Shown here: piece after piece, positions 54,678-64,000 of the stretch
Position numbering within the stretch: position 1 is the stretch's first letter
Layout of the letters: every line of letters begins with the position of its first letter
Assembly: GCA_964016885.1 (NCBI GenBank)
Contig: OZ024742.1
Location: 229,028,001-229,092,000 of the forward strand
Origin: Eledone cirrhosa
Lineage: Eukaryota
Reading direction: 5' to 3'
DNA length: 64,000 nucleotides
Made by a program: the position numbers and the translations under genes
The notes under the pieces: model-generated
Told to the model about the DNA's origin: nothing
Seen by the model: the letters and a program-made list of their open reading frames with translations, nothing else
Databases searched by the model: none

Positions 54678-57600
54678 TGAGTGTATATATATATATATAT
54701 GTATATATATATGTGAATATACAGATTTGCTTATCAGCAGACTGGCCAGTCAATTTCGTGTATACGAGCGATAAGCGGTCGGCTGGTAAATTCTATATAT
54801 CGTAAATCTTTCTTTACCATATTTCTAATGATCGACAGTGTCTACGATTTTGAAATAATACTGAATGAATTTGGAAGTATTTAGTAATATTACTAACATT
54901 TCTATTATTAAGTTGGTGTTTCGAGCATAACGAAACAAACGTTACTTAAAATTATGATGGATGATTACTAGATGGATATAAGCAGTTTAAAGCAAATATT
55001 CCTGTATTGTAGAACCAGGGGTGGTTTCAGGTGATTTGCTTTCATCCGGTCAAAATTGTTAAGATATATAATGTTTTTAGCACATATAGGAAAAGTAATA
55101 TTTCATCTATTAATTTCAAGTCAAGTTAATCAGCCGACATGACAGTTACTACAGATACGGTAGCAAAGTTGAAAGCAGTAATATGTCACTTCATTATTAC
55201 CAAACACATACTAATGGCTGATGAATTAAGAGAGGCGGTAAAGCGTATCAAAAAATACTCTGCTGTATTTGTTCTGCTTTTTTGCGCTTTCAGTTCAAAG
55301 TCAGCCGAGGTCAACTTTGCTTTCCATCTTTTTGTTTTTGATAAAGGAAGTAACAGTCTAGAGGAATTGGCGGAATTGCTGAACCTTCGACTGAGATTCT
55401 TTGCGGTATCTGTTTTGTCTTTGTGCATTCTGAGTGATGATCTTCCGCCTAAAGATTCAAAGCTCACTGCTAACCAGGGCTATTTACTCGATCACAAATC
55501 GTTGTGAAAGCTACAATTGGTAAAGGTGGATGGTGATAGTTTGTTACCGCTGCTTAACAATATTACTGGGAAGTTTTACTGATAGAAGAGTATCACAAAG
55601 AATGCCATAGCCAAATTCTTCGAAAATGAAAACAAAAGATTGAAAGATAATTATTGAAATGAAATCAAATTGTTTCTTATTTTGGTATCATATCTCTCTA
55701 TAATCTCCTTACATTCTTCTTTTCTCTCTCTCTTTATCTGTATAAAGAAACACACCTTTTTCTACATCGTTCTCTTTCTACTACGCTCTCACCCTCCCTA
55801 TGTTTTCATTATGCTCTCTCCTCTCACTCTCTTTCTCTTTCCAACATTCACACACGCTTGTCTTCATTACTCTTTCTCAAACACTTTATATTTTCATTTC
55901 ATTTCCTCCCTCTCTCAAACACACTCACACACATATACACTCACACAGACAAACTTTCTTTCTCTACCACTCCCTCTATTTTCCCCGTTATTCTCTGTCT
56001 TCTATTCTTAATCATTTACAGTATATATCATTCTATCTAGAGGTATCAATCTGTTCATCAATATATTTGATTTCATTGTTGTCAACTATCCAGCTTTTTT
56101 TTTTTTTTTCAATTTTCCAGATTGAAAATATAGTAATGTTTCAGTAAATTGTATTTTTTAAAAAGATTCAGTGTTGTTTGTACACATTTCTTAAATGATG
56201 TCAGTTAAAAGTACTTGTCACCTATATTTCAACACTGAACAAACCCTATTTCGCCAACACAATGCTACACTAATTTTACTAAGAATTTCCAATAATTATA
56301 AAACGTGGCGCCAAGAGAAATATGTATAGAAATTGAATACATTGAAACAATCCTCTTGTAGTAAGAACAAAATATCTAATGGCAATTGTTAGTAGCTCTC
56401 AAAGAAATGGTGACACAACTTAGTTATTAATTCAAAATGGCGAAATGCTTCTAATGGCGATCAAATGTTAAAATTATTCAAATATTAATCATTTATTTAT
56501 AACGAGTTTTTATGAGAAGGTGCGTGGCTTAGTGGTGGGTGTTGGACAAACGGTTGGTGCTTTGTTTTTTCGATGAAAATACTTTATTTTATGTTGTCTC
56601 TTCTGCTCACAATGAAGACTGAAGTTTCAGCAATGGAAACATTGTTTTCTTGGTTTAAATTTCTTTCCTAATGGTAATAATTTAATATAACTTAATTTAA
56701 AACATGGGATGCTTTCATCTTCTTGTTTAATGTTAAATCCACATACATGTTTTCAGATAGACGTGTTTTCGAAGTTACCGAGCGGATAGTGGAAATACTT
56801 TATGGGAAATTTCCAAATTTTATAAACCTCAAATTTAAATATATATATATAAATTATTGGTAGAAATAAATTAAGTTAAATTATTTTAAGGCAAGGCTAT
56901 TAATGGGTCATCCTGTAGAAATGCCGTCGGTAATTATATTAGTGTTGATTCAAAATAATTTAATGGATAAGAAAAGTTAATTTAATCAGATAAATAAGTC
57001 TTAAGTATTAACTTTCTATTCATTTTTCGCGATTAGATACAGTATTATTAACGTGTCTTTTTAACGGTGCGACAACTGCTTAACTTGCATTTATCAAAAG
57101 CATCATGTCATCCCCGATGCTATGGACTTCCAGTTAGTCGAACAATTGAATGTTCATCGTCGAAAACAATGGAGGATCTTTCATCAATAGGAAACTTACT
57201 TCTGACGATTTCAGAACTTGAAATTGGTTCAGTCCTCAGCTAAGTAATGTTTCCTTTCTTCCCCAATAATTCCTTTGAGTGAAATGTGTGAATATCACAG
57301 AATTCTCCGTCCCTGGGGAATTTTTAGATTGGAAATGCCTCCAATATTTTCCAGTGCAATTATGAATTTGTAATGTGGACTCATATGTGTTAATAGGATT
57401 GAAACAAGCATTGAACGCAATTCACCTTACAACAATAGTAATATTTAGTAGTTGTTGGTAAATGATGAAGATGATGATAATGATAATGGTGATGATGATG
57501 ATGATGATATTGATAATGATGATGATGATAATGATGGGAGATCATCTGTCGGTTTCAATGGCGAGCGTTCAGTTGTTCAGTTATCTGAACATTCGATTCA

Positions 57601-57963
57601 TTAATTAACGTGTAAGTGGTTAAGTATTCTACAAACAGATGTGCCCTTAAACCTTATGATAATAATTCAATTGAAACTGCCCCTAGTTCTATGAAAATAA
57701 AAACATTTTTTAGTGTAAAATGTTTCTATTTATCCTTTAACCATAATTTTATGTATGAATCTCGAAGTTATGCTCCAAGTACAAAATAAATAATGAGAAA
57801 TTTATTTCCAAAATTATTTGAAAATCATAGACAGTCTTTCATTGGTAACAAAACTGTAACAATGTTTCTCTTTATCTAAAACTTGCAATCATGACTTTTG
57901 TTAAATTATGCTCCAAACACTAGATAAAATTCGAGCGAGTGACTTATAATATCAATTCAATTA

Positions 57964-58130
57964 CCGTATTTCCCGGCGCCGAAGACGCTTCGTCCTCGAG
58001 GACGCACCTTAATTTTGACAACCAAAAATTTGAAAAAAAAACCAATCAACCTTTGGCCGCCAGGACACATGGTAGATTTTTGAGACTTATTTTGGGAAAA
58101 ACGTAGCTTCTTCGACGCCGGGAAATACGG
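57964..58130. mobile_element. Tc1/mariner(pogo)-type MITE with TA TSD
   Basis: TA|ccgtatttcccggcgccgaaga ... tcttcgacgccgggaaatacgg|TA. Confidence 0.85.
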
Positions 58131-58214
58131 TATTTAATTTCAAAATTATTTTGAAATCACAGGCAGAGTCTTCCAATAAATTTGATGACAATGAAAGGGA
58201 CATTGATGACAATG

Positions 58215-59062
58215 AATCATATTATAAGGTATCTATTTTTGAAGTTCTAGTCAACTTTATTTAGTTACCTACCTAGCTATGTGTGCTTACACACTTGTAA
58301 AAATTATCCCCTGTGATTGTTTCATATGTTTATTTATATGCTAATCAATTTCTAGTTGTTATAAAATGCTCGGACCTATTCATTAGAATCTTGGAGCTTA
58401 TTTTACGGGTGATATGGCGCATGCCTTTCTGGCATGACACCCATAATTTTGATTTCGATTAAATTCACTTTGATTTATCTTAATTTTGGATATATATATA
58501 TAAATACGGCTCCTTAATTGTAGAGCTAACTCTCTTGAAAGGACTTGACTGCTGTTTCTAGTTGTCGAGAACCCTATTCACGCCACTGGGACGAAGCTGG
58601 TATGATGTGTGTATTTTTAGTAGATACAGCACGTGTTACTGGCCAGTCGCTGATTTGAACTTAATGCGTAAACACAGATGGCTGGACTTCTTCCTTGTTG
58701 AAAATCCAAGTATCGGCCTCCGTGGTTTACCATTCGATTAATTGGTGAAATATATTTCTTTAATGGAATATATACAGGGAAGATTAATCATATTATAAGG
58801 TATCTATTTTTGAAGTTCTAGTTAACTTTATTTAGTTACCTACCTAGCTATGTGTGCTTACACACTTGTAAAAATTATCCCCTATGATTGTTTCATATGT
58901 TTATTTATATGCTAATCAATTTCTAGTTGTTATAAAATGCTCGGACCTATTCATTAGAAACTTGGAGCTTATTTTACGGGTGATATGGCATATGCCTTTC
59001 TGGCATGACACCCATAATTTTGATTTAGATTAACTTCACTTTGATTTGTCTTAATTTTGGAT
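58215..59062 (+). mobile_element. family H8 tandem element (~571-nt period)
   Basis: ~275-bp direct repeat at 58215 and 58786, each ending 'cttaattttgga(TA)n'. HHR at 58689-58783; third copy at 63570-63903. Confidence 0.85.
58689..58783 (+). ncRNA. type I HHR with U3-A8 variant core (family H8)
   Basis: tcttccttg-TTGAAAA-t-ccaa..atcg...cgat..ttgg-t-GAAA-tatattt...gaatata-TA-cagggaaga. 9-bp stem I, 8-bp stem III. Confidence 0.8.
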
Positions 59063-59082
59063 ATATATATATATAGTAATAA

Positions 59083-59270
59083 TAATTGTTTCTACTTTAG
59101 GCACAAGGCCAGCAATTACTCAGTACATTACTGGTACTTTATTTTATCGACCCCGTAAGGATGAAAGGCAAAATTAACCTCAGCGGGATTTGAACTCAAA
59201 CCGTAAAGGGACGTAACTATGCCAGAAAGCATGGCGTCCAACCCTCTACCGATACTGCCAATTCACCGCC
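59083..59270 (-). mobile_element. tRNA-derived SINE, full length
   Basis: Family consensus; flanking 'atatatagtaataataat' direct repeat. Confidence 0.85.
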
Positions 59271-59637
59271 TCCATATATAGTAATAATAATAAATTGGAG
59301 ACTAAATTCCAAAGAGGGCTCGATAAGGATAAATATATATCAAATATATAAGAACCGTAGAGCAAATATTTATTAAAATAACAGATTAAAGTTTAAGCAA
59401 AGAATCGTTGCTTTCACCCTTAGCGGGATCTTCTGAAACTAACAAAGTCAATCTGTAAACGCAGAAGTGAATATTTCAAAAAACGTTGCAGCCGGAGGAA
59501 GACAGGAAGACGATACTTTGGTTCGTGGAAACGTTCCCTGGCATATATATATGTAGGAGGTGAGTTTTATTGTAGCACAATAAAGCAATGCAAATATCGG
59601 ATAAGTAGCACTCTACAGTTTGTAGGACTGGAGTATA

Positions 59638-59772
59638 AATAATATAAGATCAAAAGATAGTTAAAAGAGTTCCAAGTATTTTATTATGCGGATTTCAAAA
59701 ATGATGTTGTTATTGAAATGCGCATAATAAAATACTTGGAACTCTTTTAACCATCTTTTGATTTTATATTAT
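59638..59772. mobile_element. palindromic insertion with HHR 3' half
   Basis: Centre ~59705; tt-GAAA-tgcgca-TA-ataaaat (palindromic stem III ATGCGCAT). Confidence 0.65.
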
Positions 59773-59933
59773 ATATATATATATAATTTTTAGTATGTGT
59801 TGATTGTTTACCGATATGCTTTCAGTTCCTTAGAGGACAAAAAAGACACCCTGGAGCTGGGCATATCAATGAATTAAGAAGGTAAAATGTATTACAACAT
59901 CATATTTTCCTGTTTTTACTGTTCAAGTTCTTA

Positions 59934-59990
59934 CTGCCTGATGAGGTCATAGCTGTTGAATAATGGGTATAACTGAAATATATATAACAG
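59934..59990 (+). ncRNA. type I HHR, decayed stems
   Basis: ctgc-CTGATGA-ggtcata...tataact-GAAA-tatata-TA-acag. Confidence 0.6.
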
Positions 59991-60059
59991 CGAATATGTA
60001 TAAACGAAGCTAATTTTACCATGTTGACTTACACTTCTTGTTTTATATATATATATATA

Positions 60060-60602
60060 TGTATGTATGTATACTTACATACATATATGTATAGAGACGC
60101 ACAGTAGTATGTATATACATACATACATGCACACATACATATATGCACGTATCGGTTTACCGAACATTTATTATAATGCTCGGTTTGTTTGTTTGTAAAC
60201 AAACAAACAGCCCGAATTACCCGTACAGTGTTTAGGCAACCACGTCACCTTTTTGTTCAACACTGACACAGGAACGGTGTACTAGTTTCAAGCTTATAAG
60301 CTATGGTCAGCATCGTATACCTTACTGCCAGATGGCTGAACGTCTGAAAGTATATACTTTCCCTACGCACACCAACGGCTGAGCAGCCCAATTTGCATAT
60401 CGAGTGAGTTCAGTCGGCTGTTTGTTTGGGCTGTTTGTTTGTTTACAAACAAACAAACTGAGCATTATAATAAATGTTCGGTAAACCGTACGTGCATATA
60501 TGTATGTGTGCATTATGTATTTACATACTACTGTGCGTCTGTATACATATATGTATGTACGTATACATACTTACATTTATAAATATATATATATATTCAT
60601 AA

Positions 60603-60633
<31 letters not shown>

Positions 60634-60710
60634 AATATATATATATATATAAATGGAATAGAATGAAACGAAATTTCATTTCTCACTCTTAGTACGGCAC
60701 TTACTATTCC

Positions 60711-60712
<2 letters not shown>
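60060..60712 (-). mobile_element. family H5 copy with inversion; HHR at 60274-60316 mutated (CTGACCA)
   Basis: Homologous to 6895-7708. Confidence 0.8.
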
Positions 60713-60758
<46 letters not shown>

Positions 60759-62110
60759 GTGTGTGTGTGCGTGTGCGTGTGTGTGTGTTTGCCTTTCATC
60801 TTTTAGGGGTTGATAAAGAAAGTACCACCACATTGCTGGTGCAGACTTTTCTTCCTCTAGCTGTCACATCTTAGAAATTTCAATTATTAGATCGAGTATC
60901 GAGAGGGTGTATGCGATTGCATAGGCACGTATAACACTAATCGAAACATGATATATACTACCATATATATAGACGGCTGTCTTTATATATATATAAGCAC
61001 TAGCAATACAATAGCTTGGATTCAATCAAATATGGCTTTCTTCGAAAATATTGGACTTTTGTTAAGAAATCAATAGATTTGAGAATAAGGTTTGCAGGTG
61101 TATTGTTCACAATACGTTATAATATTGATCATTATTTCAACTAAATGTCAGTTATTGTAATTTAAAGAACAGCTGAGATATAAACGTTTATGTGTCAATA
61201 ATAACGTAACTTCTATGAAAATTTATTGACTGTTCAATTGTTAATAGATAATAAAAATAGAAAAAATCTTGTAACGAAAGTTTCATAATCCAAACTTCGT
61301 CGCACTCCAGTACGTGGGCGAGGCAGCAAATTGGCAGAATCGTTTGAACACCGGATGTAATACTTTGCGTTATTCGTTCCCTCTCTCTGAGTTCAATTCC
61401 CGCCGAGGACACCTTTGTCTTTTATCGTTTCGCGGTTGATAAAAAACGTCCCAATCCAGTACTGGGTAGATTCTTCCCCTATATCTCTTTCTCTCCATCT
61501 TTCTCGCGTTCTCTGGAAAAGATGGTTTTGACCTGTGTTCCACCAGGTTTAAATAATGTTTTGCATTTACGGATCCATACATGCATACAAGATAGATCTA
61601 TGTTCGGGATCCGAGGTTTCGACGACGAATGTTCAAGTTGTTTGATTAGTGGAATAGCCTGCTCGGGAAATTTACTAGACACATCTAGTTCCCGGTCATA
61701 TTCAGTTGAGGCAACTTGCTTTTGAAATAAACCAGCAAGTGGCTCAACATTCCACGGACACGTGCTCATTTAAGCTAATTCTCAGGGTGATTCAGCGTGA
61801 CATAATATGTGTCAACACAGGAGATTTGAATGACAAGTAAAACTCATTTTTTCTTCAGCTGAGTGGACCAGATTAACGCGTACGGCTCAAGGTCACAACG
61901 TTCCACCGGTTTGAGAATCGAACTCATGATCGTGCGACCATGACCCAAACAATCCTAACAATGAAGCCTTCAATGACATTCTAATATGTGCCAGATACAA
62001 AACGAATCAAAAACTTAGGAAAGAAATTGTTTATTTTATATATATTTTCAAGAAACCAGAAAAAAGAGTAAGCGAATATAAAATGTATATTACAATATAT
62101 ATATATATAT

Positions 62111-62785
62111 CGGGAATTTTATATTCTCCAAGTGAAAAGAACCTTCTGACGAGAGTTTATATTTTCAATGGACGCCCGCAAGGACTATCTATTTATTTTT
62201 GAGACTCGAAGCCGTTTCGGTAAAGGTAACCATAGTAAGTACAATGAATTTTTTGAAATTTATTTTGAAACTTTTTCTTATTTGCTAAACCTTGATTATA
62301 TATGTTCTGGCTCGTTAATTTATTAACCTGCCATTGAACCACATTGGCATATGGTTGGATAATACATGTGTCCCTATACGTTTTTTGCGTGTAGGAATAT
62401 ATATTTTATTATTATTAATCTCCCCCTTGTCGAGATAAAACTTGATCGTTTTGACTACTGCTATTTTTAGTGATAGTAGATTGACCTCCCTGCCTCTGCT
62501 TCTATCTTTGCACACGGCACTGGACAGAATTGCTTTCACATCATTCATTCTCATCTCGGGAACAATTTTGAATAGAGCCAGTTCGTAATTCGAACTCGGG
62601 AATTTTATATTCTCCGAGTGAAAAGAACCTTCTGACGAGAGTTTATATTTTCAATGGACGCCCGCAAGGACTATCCATTTATTTTTGAGACTCGAAACCG
62701 TTTCGGTAAAGGTAACCATAGTAAGTACAGGGAATTTTTTGAAATTTATTTTGAAACTTTTTCTTATTTGCTAAACCTTGATTAT
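62111..62785 (+). mobile_element. family H3: ~1.4 tandem monomers, 486-nt period, HHR in each repeat
   Basis: ~190-bp direct repeat (62111 and 62597); predicted cleavage after 62222 and 62708; flanked by (TA)n. Confidence 0.9.
62627..62713 (+). ncRNA. type I hammerhead ribozyme
   Basis: acctt-CTGACGA-gagttt...agactc-GAAA-ccgtttcgg-TA-aaggt. The upstream copy at 62141-62227 has GAAG instead of GAAA. Confidence 0.9.
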
Positions 62786-62807
62786 ATATATATAAATATA
62801 TATATAT

Positions 62808-63100
62808 GGTTATACTTGGGGAGGGTCCTATTTCTGTAATATTGCCAGAATTAATAACAGAACACACTCACTGTTTGGTTGGTTTTCGCTTTTCGCTTCT
62901 GTGTCTTTTATATCGGTAATCTAATTTATTCGGTCCTCAATGTTGCCATTGACTGACCAACGGTCAAAAATACAGATAAAATATAGACACAAACACATAT
63001 ATATATTCTCTCAAAGTTCTTTCGTTGCACATCTGCAACATCGTCAGTGGTGCTATTGTTTCCTTCCGTTGCATTGTATTTTCTACGCCATCTTTATTTA
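62808..63100 (-). mobile_element. family H1 copy with HHR core (63012-63049)
   Basis: Nearly identical to 107-298. Minus strand reads ca-CTGACGA-t-gttgca-gatg-tgcaac-GAAA-gaac-TT-tg. Confidence 0.75.
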
Positions 63101-63569
63101 GTCTGTTTATATATTTATTTATTTGTTTATATTTTTTTTGTCTTCTTTGCGCATGCGTTTGCGTGTGTGTATAGTGTTTTGTTTGATGTGTGTTCGTGAT
63201 TGGGTGACTGTGTATTGGTTAATGTATTCTATCCTTACTAGTGTGTGTTTATATGTGTTTGTTGTTATTGTGCTTGTGTATGTATTTATTTATTTATCTA
63301 TCTATTTATTTATTTATACTTCTCTTAGGTCAGTGTTGTTTGTTTGGGTGTTGTTGTTATTCCATTCAATTTTTCTGTTTAGCCTTGGCCTTCTAAGTTC
63401 TATTTCACTGGCCTCTCTGATTTGCCTATCTACTGGATCATTTCTATGTTTAGATATTATTCTAATTTCTATGTTGTCTATGTTACCATCGTCTTGTGTC
63501 TGGTTCAGTACTATACGAACATGCCAGACAACAACACGACGGTAACATAGACAACATAGAAATTAGAAT

Positions 63570-63900
63570 AATCGATTAATTGGTGAAATATATTTCTTTA
63601 ATGGAATATATACGAGGGAGATTAATCAAATTATAAGGTATCTATTTTTGAAGTTCTAGTTAAACTTTATTTAGTTACCTACCTAGCTATGTGTGCTTAC
63701 ACACTTTTACAAATTATCCCCTGCGATTGTTTCATATGTTTAATTATATGTCAATTAATTTCTAGTTGATATAAAATGCTCGGATCTGCTCATTAGAATC
63801 TTGGAGCATATTTTACGGGTGATATGGCGCATGTCTATCTGGCATGACACTCGTAATTTAATTTGATTTAATTTAATTTAATTCAAATTATCTTAATTTT

Positions 63901-63903
<3 letters not shown>
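63570..63903 (+). mobile_element. family H8 copy, 5'-truncated within HHR stem II
   Basis: Begins at 'tcgattaattggtGAAA' and matches 58734-59062. Confidence 0.85.
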
Positions 63904-63950
<47 letters not shown>

Positions 63951-64000
63951 CTCCTCATGGTTAACTATACGGAACGACCAATTCTCTCCAGAGTAGTAAA

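Noticed and set aside
59488-59543. HHR-like 'CGGAGGA...GAAACGTT'
   Set aside because: Core is mutated and stems I and II do not pair convincingly.
63123-63545. 140-aa hydrophobic ORF
   Set aside because: Low-complexity T/G-rich sequence within a repeat; no plausible gene structure.

Overview
AT-rich, microsatellite-dense eukaryotic DNA with no recognisable intact host gene. The SINE families and (TA)n/(CA)n/(ATGT)n load resemble a cephalopod (Octopus-like) genome; this is inference only. Almost all ORFs in the supplied track are microsatellite artefacts. Real coding remnants are: a 5'-truncated, frameshifted Penelope-like element (PLE; RT plus Zn-finger/GIY-YIG, Naiad-like) at 17.7-21.6 kb; a second PLE 3' end at 2.3-3.9 kb (-); a decayed Helitron RepHel at 26.8-30.2 kb; and CR1/L2-, RTE- and R4-like LINE fragments. 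There are also ~25 tRNA-derived SINE copies, several MITEs and a 30-bp minisatellite. The main finding: the short 'unique' islands between (TA)n tracts are a dozen or more families of non-coding mobile elements, each carrying a type I hammerhead ribozyme (HHR). I folded ~30 complete, degenerate or half motifs by eye. Several families occur as terminally redundant or tandem monomers of ~420-580 nt with inverted 5' ends (retrozyme-like, probably PLE-mobilised). Two unrelated families carry the non-canonical core UUGAAAA (U3-A8 covariant of the C3-G8 pair). All structures are manual predictions; no cleavage activity or database match has been verified.
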